Origin: Bacillota bacterium
Lineage (GTDB): Bacteria > Bacillota > Clostridia > Acetivibrionales > JAEXSP01
Length of the DNA stretch: 64,000 bases
Direction of reading: 5' to 3'
Assembly: GCA_023453795.1 (NCBI GenBank)
Contig: JAEXSP010000010.1
Location: 1 to 64,000 of the forward strand
This document shows positions 38,690-48,038 of the stretch, piece by piece (position 1 is the stretch's first letter; each line of letters opens with the position of its first letter). The position numbers were made by a program, and so were the translations under genes. The notes below the pieces were generated by a model. It searched no databases and was not told where the DNA came from. It saw only the letters and a program-made list of their open reading frames with translations.

Positions 38690-38835
38690 CGCTTAATATA
38701 TCGCCACCGGAATATCCTTTCGATATGTAATATACCTGCAATTTCTAAATTTCTCATAAAAATCTTAAAAAACTATTGCATCTAGTGTATGGTGTGATAT
38801 AATACACTACATACAATAAATTATGGAGGAGAATC

Positions 38836-39219
38836 ATGGTCAAGTACCAGGTTGGCGATTTCACATTTGAATTAGATCTTTCAGAGCCGTTATACGGGCA
38901 GATCCTTGATCAGATCCGTCACGCCATAGCAAGAGGTGATGTTCAGTTGGGTTCAAAGCTTCCCTCAGTAAGAGATCTCGCACAACAGCTAAAGCTTAAT
39001 CCCAGTACAGTAATGAAGGCATATCAGGAGCTCGAAAGAACCGAGCTCTGTGAAACGAGGAAAGGCCAGGGTACTTATATTACGACATCTGAAGAAAAAG
39101 TACTTGAAATTAAAAAATCCCTCGCAAAAAACGCCGTACTTGTATTCACAAATTCTATGAAGGATCTCGGTATTAACAGGATAACAGCAGCGGAGCTGCT
39201 TAAGGAGGCGGAATGGTGA
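38836..39219 (+). CDS. GntR-family transcriptional regulator, YtrA subfamily (short, no effector domain)
   Basis: GntR HTH (LGSKLPSVRDLAQQLKLNPSTVMKAYQELERTELCETRKGQGTYIT). At 127 aa it fits the YtrA subfamily. It heads an ABC operon, as in YtrA systems. Confidence 0.8.
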   Translation: MVKYQVGDFTFELDLSEPLYGQILDQIRHAIARGDVQLGSKLPSVRDLAQQLKLNPSTVMKAYQELERTELCETRKGQGTYITTSEEKVLEIKKSLAKNAVLVFTNSMKDLGINRITAAELLKEAEW

Positions 39220-39914
39220 TGGAAAATGCCGTTGTTTTTGAAAACGTGGTAAAAACATATGATAATAAGCCTGCTTTGAATAACCTTTCCTGCAATTTTT
39301 CAGGCAACAAGGTAACAGGTTTGCTGGGTCCGAACGGGGCCGGAAAATCAACACTTCTCAAGATGATTGTCGGCCTTGTAAAGCCCAATTCAGGCAGGGT
39401 GCAGGTTTGGGGGCAGCAGCCGGGCATCAGGGCAAATGCAGATATCGCATATTTGCCGGACCGCGGGAGTTGGTACGGATTTCAATCGGTTCAGAACGCG
39501 ATTGATTATGCAGGTAAGATACTGCCTGGTTTTGATAATGCAAAAGCCTGGGAGCTATGCAAGTCGATGAAACTTGATCCGGGGGTTAAGGTCGGATCGA
39601 TGTCCAAAGGACAGCAAGCATGCCTGAATCTTTTACTCTGTCTGGCACGGGATGTCAAGCTGATACTGCTGGATGAACCATTTTCGGGAATAGACCTTAT
39701 ATCCAGGGAAAGGATCATCAGCGGAATTATAGATTCCATCGCAGACAGCAGGAAGACAATTATTCTCAGCACTCATGAAATATATGAGTCCGAAAGCCTT
39801 TTTGAAGACGTTTTGTTTTTGGATGGGGGCAGCACTATGCTTTCCGGAGACGTTGAAGCTTTAAGGGCAAAAGAAGGTTCACTTGAAACAATTTACAGGA
39901 GGTTATACAGATGA
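39213..39914 (+). CDS. ABC transporter ATP-binding protein
   Basis: Walker A GPNGAGKST, signature MSKGQQACLNLLLCLA and Walker B LILLDEPFSGID. Confidence 0.85.
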   Translation: MVMENAVVFENVVKTYDNKPALNNLSCNFSGNKVTGLLGPNGAGKSTLLKMIVGLVKPNSGRVQVWGQQPGIRANADIAYLPDRGSWYGFQSVQNAIDYAGKILPGFDNAKAWELCKSMKLDPGVKVGSMSKGQQACLNLLLCLARDVKLILLDEPFSGIDLISRERIISGIIDSIADSRKTIILSTHEIYESESLFEDVLFLDGGSTMLSGDVEALRAKEGSLETIYRRLYR

Positions 39915-40654
39915 ATGTATTTATCGAGCTTGTAAAAAACGACCTGAATATATCAAAGAATAGAAGAAAATTCTCGTTATGGAGCAGGATATACATAGGA
40001 GCGGCGTTTATTATCAGCTTTATATCCTATACTATAACACTTATTTATCATAAGGTTAATCCGTCATTCATAATTATTGTTCCTGCGTTTTTGACATTCC
40101 CCATCTTCGCTGTATCCATCTCAATGGTAAAAAGGGAATGGAGAAATCATACGGTAGGATGGTGGCTCTCGCTTCCATATACAAGAACAATGCTTCTTGC
40201 CTCAAAACTTACTGCAGGTATTATACGCACCCTGAAGCTCCTCGGGATACTTGCCTTGGTATCTTTAGCTTTCTGGTTTGAAGGCATGCTGCTCAGACCT
40301 GATCTATGGAACAATTTTGATACAACCGGCTGCCTGCTTCAAAGCTGTTTCATGTATGGCATAGTACTATTGCTTTGCCCCTCTCTTCTATGCTTCGGTA
40401 TGCTGCTATCCCTGCTCCGCCGTTCAAAATGGCGTCCGGCAACACCTTTAGCCTGTGTTCTGTTCCCCATTTTAACTTCATTTTCGTTTCCGAAATTATT
40501 CAGCGGCAATGAAGACTTTAATCAGGCGTGGGAAACTTTTTCATTATCCGGCAGCTACGGTATCCTGCTTCTCGGAGCTGCGGCATCTTTACTTTTGGCA
40601 CTAGTTATGTTTTTTTTATCAGTTTATATATTGGAGAAGCAGGTGGAGATATAA
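39911..40654 (+). CDS. ABC-2-type permease-like membrane protein
   Basis: 6 TM helices. Translationally coupled to the upstream ATPase (ATGA overlap). Confidence 0.55.
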   Translation: MNVFIELVKNDLNISKNRRKFSLWSRIYIGAAFIISFISYTITLIYHKVNPSFIIIVPAFLTFPIFAVSISMVKREWRNHTVGWWLSLPYTRTMLLASKLTAGIIRTLKLLGILALVSLAFWFEGMLLRPDLWNNFDTTGCLLQSCFMYGIVLLLCPSLLCFGMLLSLLRRSKWRPATPLACVLFPILTSFSFPKLFSGNEDFNQAWETFSLSGSYGILLLGAAASLLLALVMFFLSVYILEKQVEI

Positions 40655-40675
40655 AAATATTCAGGAGGAAAAATT

Positions 40676-41596
40676 ATGGAAAAGGTTTTGGAAATATCCA
40701 ATCTAACAAAAAAGTATGCTTCAAAAACGGCTGTTGATCATATATCCTTCTCCGTCAAGCAAGGATCCTGCTTTGGATTGCTCGGTCCGAACGGTGCCGG
40801 AAAATCAACAACTATGAAAATCATAACCGGCATTATCGGCTACGACAGTGGAGAAGTCAAGGTTCTGGGCCATGATAACCGGCAAAAAAGCGATGAAATA
40901 AAGCAGCAGACGGGCTACGTTCCGCAAGAAATTACCGTATATGACAAGCTCAGTGCATTCAACAATCTGCTTTTTTTCGGAGAGTTGTACGGCTTAAAAG
41001 GGAATGAACTGAAAAAGCGCATTGACGAAGTACTCGAACAGGTTGGCCTTAAGGAACACAGCAGCAGCCCGGTAAAGACCTTTTCAGGCGGAATGAAAAG
41101 ACGTATCAATATAGCAGCTGCTTTGCTGCATAAACCCAGGCTTTTAATTCTTGACGAACCTACCGTCGGAATAGACCCTCAATCAAGAAATCACATCTTC
41201 AATATGATGAAAGAGCTGAAAAGCCAAGGTATCACAGTTATCTATTCAACACATTATATGGAGGAGGTAGAAGCCTTATGTGATGATATCACGATCATAG
41301 ACCACGGAAAAATCATCGCAAAGGGGGCGCTTAACGATGTGCTCGAAAAATATGCACCCAGCGCCATTTACCTGGAATCTGAGGATATAGCCGAGGCACC
41401 TGTTTTCAAACACGACGTCAAGGTTTACGCAAAAGACAAAGGCTGGATCATAGAGTCTGCCCATGTAATGGAGACAATGCAGGATATTGCTCAGGATGCA
41501 CTGAACCGGAAAATAAAAGTAAAAGAGCTCGGGATAGTACGTCCGTCACTTGAAACAGTATTTTTATCACTTACGGGAACCTCATTAAGGGACTGA
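40676..41596 (+). CDS. ABC transporter ATP-binding protein (DrrA-like ABC-2 subtype)
   Basis: Walker A GPNGAGKST, signature FSGGMKRRINIAAALL and Walker B LILDEPTVGIDP. Confidence 0.85.
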   Translation: MEKVLEISNLTKKYASKTAVDHISFSVKQGSCFGLLGPNGAGKSTTMKIITGIIGYDSGEVKVLGHDNRQKSDEIKQQTGYVPQEITVYDKLSAFNNLLFFGELYGLKGNELKKRIDEVLEQVGLKEHSSSPVKTFSGGMKRRINIAAALLHKPRLLILDEPTVGIDPQSRNHIFNMMKELKSQGITVIYSTHYMEEVEALCDDITIIDHGKIIAKGALNDVLEKYAPSAIYLESEDIAEAPVFKHDVKVYAKDKGWIIESAHVMETMQDIAQDALNRKIKVKELGIVRPSLETVFLSLTGTSLRD

Positions 41597-41619
41597 TATG
41601 CTAAAGGAGGCATAATGCA

Positions 41620-42765
41620 ATGAAAACAATACTTCGAAAGGAATTGCAGATATTACTCAAAGAACGCGGAACTTTCTTCTGGCTGATACTTCTTCCGCTT
41701 TTCTTTATTATTCTTTTTGCATCGATTTTCGGCAATATGGGAAGCAGCGTACTAAATATAAACTACATCGATCTTGATCATTCATCAGGGTCAAAGGCCT
41801 TTATTGCGGACATTAACAGGAGCAAGGCATTCAAAGCTGTAACAGATACTGAGAAAACATTGGGAGAGCAGAAAAAGAAAGTCCGGGACGGCAAGCTTTC
41901 GTCGCTTTTGATAATTCCAAAGGGGTATGAAGCTAATCGGGCTTCAAACAGGCAGACTAAAATCGAACTGTACAGGACCAGTGTTTCCGACGAGACAGTA
42001 GAATCTGCAAAAGCCTTTCTCCAGAATCTTGTCAACGGTTACAGGGAAGGGCAAATCCGGTCCGATTTTTCCGCTAAAGGTCTATCCAAGATAGAGATTG
42101 ATGAAATATTAACCCCGCCGATCGCAATAGTCGAAAAGTCAGCCGGTTCCACTGCAATCAACGCAGTAACTCAATATGTACCGGGCTATACCGTAATGTT
42201 TGTATTCTTTATAATAATCTCTATGATAAGAGCCTTTCTCAAGGAAAGAGATTCCGGAATGCTGGCCCGTCTAAGAAGCACTCCTATGAAGCCTTTGGAA
42301 TATCTCATCGGTATGTGGCTCTCATACATTCTTGCGGTTCTTATACAATGTGCGGTTCTGCTTGGATTCGGGCGTTTTGTGTATAATATGAGCATGGGGG
42401 ACTTAAGTGCTATAATACCTGTAGTTCTGTCGCTCGCAATCTGCGTTACCGGCATCGGACTTGCCCTTTCATTCTTTGTAGGCAGTGAAAACCAGGGTGT
42501 AGCATTTACCCAGTTAATTGCAATGGGCGGAGCTGTTGTAAGCGGGTTATGGTTTCCATTCGACTACCTCCCGGCATTTGCTCAGAACATTGGGCATTTC
42601 ATGCCCCAGTACTGGGCTCAGAAAGCCTTGATTGACATAATGGTGCGTGGAGCACACCTTGACAATGTATTGCCGAACATTGCAGTACTGCTTGTATACG
42701 GAGCACTCGGAGTTTTTGTAGCATCGCTTCGTTTCAAACGCTATATACTCTCTGCATCAAACTAA
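41620..42765 (+). CDS. ABC-2-type transporter permease
   Basis: N-terminal TM, then an extracytoplasmic loop, then 5 C-terminal TM helices (ABC2_membrane_3-like). Confidence 0.75.
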   Translation: MKTILRKELQILLKERGTFFWLILLPLFFIILFASIFGNMGSSVLNINYIDLDHSSGSKAFIADINRSKAFKAVTDTEKTLGEQKKKVRDGKLSSLLIIPKGYEANRASNRQTKIELYRTSVSDETVESAKAFLQNLVNGYREGQIRSDFSAKGLSKIEIDEILTPPIAIVEKSAGSTAINAVTQYVPGYTVMFVFFIIISMIRAFLKERDSGMLARLRSTPMKPLEYLIGMWLSYILAVLIQCAVLLGFGRFVYNMSMGDLSAIIPVVLSLAICVTGIGLALSFFVGSENQGVAFTQLIAMGGAVVSGLWFPFDYLPAFAQNIGHFMPQYWAQKALIDIMVRGAHLDNVLPNIAVLLVYGALGVFVASLRFKRYILSASN

Positions 42766-42806
42766 TGCACTTTTATACATATTAGCAGATGTAATAAGTT
42801 AAAGAA

Positions 42807-42830
42807 TAAGGAGGCTGTCAAAGCCTCCTT
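42807..42830 (+). terminator. Stem-loop terminator candidate after the ABC operon (TAAGGAGGCT-gtcaa-AGCCTCCTTA)
   Basis: Perfect 9-10-bp stem 40 nt after the permease stop. The downstream U-run is weak. Confidence 0.4.
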
Positions 42831-43239
42831 ATCAAAGGGTAATCAAAATGTACTTTCAATCTGTTTCTTGTTTATTTGCAGTCTACAAAATCATTGCGTC
42901 CGCACCAGAAAAGTAAAAGGAATAAAATGATAAACCATAAAACGATATCATTGTCAAAAAATCTGCCTATTCCTCCCATAGTGATAACTCCTTTCGTTAT
43001 TGTAAACATAAATCTTACAATGTAATATATTCAAAAACGAAAAGAAGTGTTACACCATGTATTTCAAATTGCTATACCCAATTTCAGGTATAGATATAAT
43101 AAACTCAGTTTTGTATTCAGTGATTCGCCGTAGAAAAAATGGAGGTTATAAACGCTCCATTGTGCTTATATTATTTATGTTAGATAATGCGCTTCAGCCC
43201 AATAAAAGGATAACCCTGGACTGCAGCGCATTATCTATC

Positions 43240-43479
43240 TCATGCTCCGTTTCTGATCGAGCAGATGAAAAACTTCCTGTCATTGATAACCATCCTGTGA
43301 TTCCTTATATTTATATCAGAAACCGCAAGAACCTTCTGCTTTCTGTCCGAAACATCATAAACGCTTACCTTTGTATCTTCATTAACAACCTTGTTAAAAA
43401 ACAAATCCGTACTTTCACTTTTGTAGCAACGCTTGCTTATCAATACATTTTTTACAGGCGTCACCTTCATAACTACCAT
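43240..43479 (-). CDS. Small hypothetical protein (79 aa)
   Basis: RBS GGGGTGAT-6-ATG lies 15 nt after the stop of the YkuK-like gene. No recognisable family. Confidence 0.3.
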   Translation of the reverse strand: MVVMKVTPVKNVLISKRCYKSESTDLFFNKVVNEDTKVSVYDVSDRKQKVLAVSDINIRNHRMVINDRKFFICSIRNGA

Positions 43480-43493
43480 ATACTATCACCCCA

Positions 43494-44009
43494 TCAGCTT
43501 ACTTTGATTTTTTTGCTGTACCTGTTTGCGTAACTGCTTGCTACAAATGCTTCAGGCTTGATCTTGGCATCTACACCGCTGCCCTCGAAATAACCGGTCA
43601 TTTCTCTTATAAGCTTTCTTGTTTCTCCTTTTTCCCCTACATCTATGTGAGCTTCAAGCTTGAAGTCAAAATTGCGGTATTCATTCGCAAAACCGCATAA
43701 TCCTTCCATAAGGTTATCATTCAGCAGGTTTGCAAGCTCATATGTTATCAGAGTTTCTTTCGCAATCTTTTCCCTCAGGTTGGTGTACCTTTTGTTTTCT
43801 ATCTGCTTATTTATGCAGCTCCAAGCCCCTTTACCCACTTTATGGATATGGATGCCTGTTGCGAAGCATGTAAACCTTCCTTTTACCTGAGAGTCGGTAC
43901 CTATCGCAAGCAGAAACTTACTGTCAGGATCAGTCTTTATAAAGTACTTGATGCTTGCAATAACATCTGCAAAGCTCATATTTTTTTGTGTTGAATTAAA
44001 AAATCTCAT
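43494..44009 (-). CDS. DUF458/YkuK-family RNase-H-like protein
   Basis: 171 aa starting MRFFNSTQ...IGTDSQ, consistent with the YkuK family. This is from memory and not verified by search. Confidence 0.5.
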   Translation of the reverse strand: MRFFNSTQKNMSFADVIASIKYFIKTDPDSKFLLAIGTDSQVKGRFTCFATGIHIHKVGKGAWSCINKQIENKRYTNLREKIAKETLITYELANLLNDNLMEGLCGFANEYRNFDFKLEAHIDVGEKGETRKLIREMTGYFEGSGVDAKIKPEAFVASSYANRYSKKIKVS

Positions 44010-44050
44010 TATATATCACCTTTCTTATACCTTTGCCGCATATTTCGGTT

Positions 44051-44097
44051 TAAACAAACAAAAAGAGCGGCTAAATCTTTTTGAGACTTAACCGCTC
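44051..44097 (-). terminator. Rho-independent terminator A (AGAGCGGTTAAGTCTC-aaaaa-GATTTAGCCGCTCT followed by TTTTTGTTTGTTT on the minus strand)
   Basis: 12-bp stem with 2 mismatches plus a U-run on the minus strand. Sequence-related to terminator B with compensatory changes. Confidence 0.55.
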
Positions 44098-44582
44098 TGA
44101 TAAAATGCTTTTTTATTTTAAACCGCAGGAAATTCCTTAAGTCCGTTGATAATTCACGCATTCATACAAAAGAGGATTAAGCCGATGTATATGTAAATCC
44201 AATTTAGTTTTTGGTTCCAGTTCTATAACGTTATTTGTTCTTTTCATATTGCATGTTCTCATTTGATACATAGTTAATCCTCCTTTCTCATCCGTTTTTT
44301 TATATTTGCCGATACCATTATCAGCAATTTGCCTATTTATCCTTCACTTAAACAAATTTCCCAATGCTCATTTTTAAAGCATAACGATTTATATTTTAGT
44401 ATGCAGTAGTTACAATGTCAAGTATTTTCCTTATTTGTAACATTATTGTAACATGGTTTTTCACTTAGTACTTCTGCTTTATCCATTAAACAGACTAAAA
44501 CATACACAATTGCAATCAATATCATTTTTAAAACCATAACATCACCTTCATCAAATCCGTATTAAAATCTTGTTTATAAAAT

Positions 44583-44619
44583 TCAAAAAAGCGATCAAGC
44601 CTTTTTGACTTAATCGCTC
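44583..44619 (-). terminator. Rho-independent terminator B (AGAGCGATTAAG-tcaaaaagg-CTTGATCGCT followed by TTTTTTGAATTTT on the minus strand)
   Basis: 10-bp stem plus U-run, about 260 nt downstream of the 690-aa gene. Paralogous to terminator A. Confidence 0.55.
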
Positions 44620-44879
44620 TATTTCAAATCAATGAATATACATCAGACAATCCCAATGCATCATCTATTTTTCCACAATAGAGGATTGCGCCAAACCGAA
44701 CGATTAAAGCAATATGAACTTACATTTTTCAATTCTAATGTCGTACGCATTTGACTTTCCTCCTTCCATTCCTTTATTTGCTAACTGCTTAAATCATCAT
44801 ATTACAGCCTTTATCCGCTGTCAATATATATGAAATATTTGTAATTTGATTGTAATTTAATAGTAACACTCCTGAGATA

Positions 44880-46952
44880 TCAGTATATCTTCTCAATCAC
44901 AATAATGCATGTACTGTCGGGCAATCTTACCGGCTTCCTGTCCTCATCGAAAAGCTCTATTTTCTGCGAAAGCGCTATTGTGTAGCCGTCCTGCAGGAAG
45001 TGCTTGAATTCAATGACCTTGGCTTCAGTTCCGAGCGCTTTCATGATGAAGTCCTTATACCCACTTGGAGTGAAGTACCCGAACTGCTCGTTTATTTCAT
45101 GCACATAGGACTTCTCCCCCCATGTATAGGTATATAGAAACTCCATAGCATCGTTAACAGGCATCAGTACTTCGTTGTGGCCAACTACCGAATACCGGAT
45201 TTCTCTCCCTTTGAAATCGTTGGCGTATCTACTCAGGAATTCCATGCCTTCGTCTGAAAGGAATTTAATTATACGCCTCTGCTCGGCAGGTTCAGTCATG
45301 ATGCCGTCTCTGATAATAATCCGTCCGCCCTTGGGCAAGATCTCAAAAGCGCTCTTGAAAGCTGTTTCAAGGGTCTCATAATTAAACTTTCTTCCGTTGT
45401 ATTCAATATAAGAAAACAATTCATGCAGGATAGAACAGAATATAATAGTGTCAACGCTTCCCTTTTCTATATATTGACTAAGGTTAAGAGCATCCCCATA
45501 TATGACCTCCCACTTTCTATTCTCCAACTGCTTTTTCTTTCTCAAGCTATCAAGGACATTCTGTGCGATATCAACACCGGCAACCTTCCTTTCGGGATAC
45601 CTTTCTTCGATCAGATCCATCAAGGCGCCGCCGCCCGGGCCTATATCGATAATGCTGTTTCCGGTAATATAATCAAGTATAACTTTTTTATAATCAATAG
45701 TAGTATTCATAATGTTCAGGTAGGATTCCTCTTCATAGAAGCGGTCATATTTGTCTTTTCTAAGCCCGAAGAGGTCGAAAAGAAGTACAACAGCCTTTTC
45801 ATAAGCTACATCCGACCTCTCGGCTTCCATACAAAAATCGATCAGCCTGCTTCCTGCGGCCGAAAAATTAAATGTAAAAAAGACTGTATCCGATAGCTTG
45901 CCGTGAAATGATATATCATGAGCAACATGAAGGTTTTCTTTAAAACGCCCTTCAAATATGTCATCAAAGGTAATTTCCGACAGATATTTTTCTATTATGC
46001 GTTTCTTGTAAATATTGACCCTCTTCTTGCCGTCATGCTGATAATACAGTTCTCTCATCAATTTTTCAAAGCTGACATGCCTCACCTTTTCCGGTTCAGC
46101 ATTCACTGCCGCAAGAAGGAATATCTTGATAAATTCTTCAAATGAGAAATCATACAATGCAGCTTCTACATACCAAAGATCGCAGTCTTCAAGCAGCCGT
46201 GCAATTCTGTCGGCTGCCCTTTTATCACACAAAAACCTTTGGTATTCATTTTCAAAGCATTCCCCGTTGTTGATAGACACCGCTCTCAGGGATCTTATCC
46301 TGTCTTTGATGCCACACTGTCTGTCAAACCTTCCATAGACGATATTGTCAATAATGCTTCCAGCATATTCTTTAATGTCATTCCATATATCTTCACGTAC
46401 TGCCGATACAATACAGCAATTAAGCGTCATGAGTATTTCTCTTAACTCATCAGCAGTTATCCTGCCATCTCTAATGAGCTTGAACAAAGGCTCATTACCC
46501 TTCAAGGGTACCTCACCTCTTATATACTGTCCTATGAGTCCGTGAGTTAATATCAGAGCATGTATTATTTGCTTTATATCAGCTTCCTGCTCTTCAGCCG
46601 CATCAAGGTAGATTTGCGCAGAGCCTATATTATGTACAAATAAATTGATGCTATTCTCTATCCATTTTTTTCTTTGATGAGGAAGTCCTCCTTTTGCAAC
46701 TTCAGACCATTTCAAAGTTTCCTCAAGCAAGTACCTACTATAATCATCCAATTTAAATTGCGAAAGAATTTTAAGGGTTTTCTCAACATAGCCAAGCACA
46801 TAGTTATTCTTCATATCCTCAAGAGAATCAAGCCTCTCAAGGTTAACATTCCTTTCCGGAGTTAAACAAAGGTACATCAGCCACTTTTCGGATTTCAGGA
46901 CCTGCCTGTCACCCGATTTGATTTTATTTATAGACGACAAGGAATTTAACAT
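44880..46952 (-). CDS. Hypothetical 690-aa protein: uncharacterised N-terminal region (~450 aa) fused to a C-terminal class-I SAM-dependent methyltransferase domain
   Basis: SAM-binding motif I VLDYITGNSIIDIGPGGGALMDLIEE, with acidic post-I motif RKVAGVDIA and motif II/III region VIYGDALNL...VDTIIFCSILHELF. The N-terminal region has no family I can recognise. It is the last gene of the NAD-salvage/ARH operon. Confidence 0.65.
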   Translation of the reverse strand: MLNSLSSINKIKSGDRQVLKSEKWLMYLCLTPERNVNLERLDSLEDMKNNYVLGYVEKTLKILSQFKLDDYSRYLLEETLKWSEVAKGGLPHQRKKWIENSINLFVHNIGSAQIYLDAAEEQEADIKQIIHALILTHGLIGQYIRGEVPLKGNEPLFKLIRDGRITADELREILMTLNCCIVSAVREDIWNDIKEYAGSIIDNIVYGRFDRQCGIKDRIRSLRAVSINNGECFENEYQRFLCDKRAADRIARLLEDCDLWYVEAALYDFSFEEFIKIFLLAAVNAEPEKVRHVSFEKLMRELYYQHDGKKRVNIYKKRIIEKYLSEITFDDIFEGRFKENLHVAHDISFHGKLSDTVFFTFNFSAAGSRLIDFCMEAERSDVAYEKAVVLLFDLFGLRKDKYDRFYEEESYLNIMNTTIDYKKVILDYITGNSIIDIGPGGGALMDLIEERYPERKVAGVDIAQNVLDSLRKKKQLENRKWEVIYGDALNLSQYIEKGSVDTIIFCSILHELFSYIEYNGRKFNYETLETAFKSAFEILPKGGRIIIRDGIMTEPAEQRRIIKFLSDEGMEFLSRYANDFKGREIRYSVVGHNEVLMPVNDAMEFLYTYTWGEKSYVHEINEQFGYFTPSGYKDFIMKALGTEAKVIEFKHFLQDGYTIALSQKIELFDEDRKPVRLPDSTCIIVIEKIY

Positions 46953-47026
46953 TTAAGACCCTCTTTTCAGATTTTTTTACATTCGTCTATTTAAATTTAT
47001 CATATAAATGGGTGCAATGGCAATTG

Positions 47027-47968
47027 TCACAGCAAATCCTTCAATAGGGGTTGAACCAATTCCTTACCCCTGAGTTCCATAAACCATCGTTTTGGTATGC
47101 TATCGAAACCATAATAAATACCAGCCAGTCCACCTGCTATTGCCGCAGTGGTATCTGTATCATCACCTAAAGCTACTGCAGCTTTAACAACCATTTCGTA
47201 GGATGCAGCTTTATATAATACCATTCTGACACTTCTCAAGCTATCGACAACATATCCCCCACCTTTACCAATCGGGTGATCGTCAGGCCGTATAGTCCGC
47301 TCAAGCTCATAATAATGCTGTGAGTCTTCGGAATAAATCTGTCTTAACTTACTAACAGCCTGTTTATATGCTTCTTCAACAGGATGTGCGTCTAAAAGCT
47401 TTCTTGCCCATAAGCAGTACAAAGCACAGCATACCTGATTACATACATGTCCGTGCGTAACCATAGACTGTGAATGAGCAAAATTCACAAGTTCAGCATC
47501 GGTTCCCTTATGCCATAATGCTAATGGCAAAACCCTCATAAGTGAACCGTTGCCTTTTCCCTCGGGTATGACAAATCCTGATTCCAACGGCAGCTTTCCC
47601 ATTCGGATAGACACAAGGGATCTCGCAGTCTGATTTCCAACATCAAAAACTTTATTGTCTACAGCCCAAAGGCCTTGTTCATACCAATTCAAAAGTCTTG
47701 AGGCAAAGTCATTAACATTAAATGTTTTACAGGTTAATAATGAATCCAAAAGGCACAAGGCCTGAGCGCCATCATCCGACCAGGTCCCAGGCAATACACC
47801 GGAGTGTGACCTTTCAAAGCCCGGCGGAGGAGTAAATTCAATCCTGTCTAATGTCGGCAAATCCTGCGGCGCATTGAATTCATACGGAACACCCAAGGCA
47901 TCGCCGATCAGCAGTCCCCATATACCTCCAAGTATCCTGTCTTTTCTTGATAGTGACATCATTATCAT
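47027..47968 (-). CDS. ADP-ribosylglycohydrolase (ARH/DraG family)
   Basis: N-terminal LGGIWGLLIGDALGVPYE and the downstream SDDGAQALCLLDSLL are signature ARH-family segments. Length is 313 aa. Confidence 0.8.
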   Translation of the reverse strand: MIMMSLSRKDRILGGIWGLLIGDALGVPYEFNAPQDLPTLDRIEFTPPPGFERSHSGVLPGTWSDDGAQALCLLDSLLTCKTFNVNDFASRLLNWYEQGLWAVDNKVFDVGNQTARSLVSIRMGKLPLESGFVIPEGKGNGSLMRVLPLALWHKGTDAELVNFAHSQSMVTHGHVCNQVCCALYCLWARKLLDAHPVEEAYKQAVSKLRQIYSEDSQHYYELERTIRPDDHPIGKGGGYVVDSLRSVRMVLYKAASYEMVVKAAVALGDDTDTTAAIAGGLAGIYYGFDSIPKRWFMELRGKELVQPLLKDLL

Positions 47969-48038
47969 TCTCTCTGTTTATTAGTATTTTGAAAATCAGC
48001 AGCCTTGAACAGATTCTTTATAAATCTGATATGTAACC

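Noticed and set aside
42985-43015. Inverted repeat ATTGTAA-N9-TTACAAT (TGTA/TACA type) downstream of the ABC operon, as a possible extra BlaI-type operator.
   Set aside because: It is not positioned upstream of any convincing gene, so it was left as an observation only.
43057-43533. 158-aa plus-strand ORF between the ABC operon and the YkuK-like gene.
   Set aside because: No SD sequence. The composition is unnatural (Y/I/L/R-rich). It overlaps the better-supported minus-strand small ORF and the YkuK-like 3' end.
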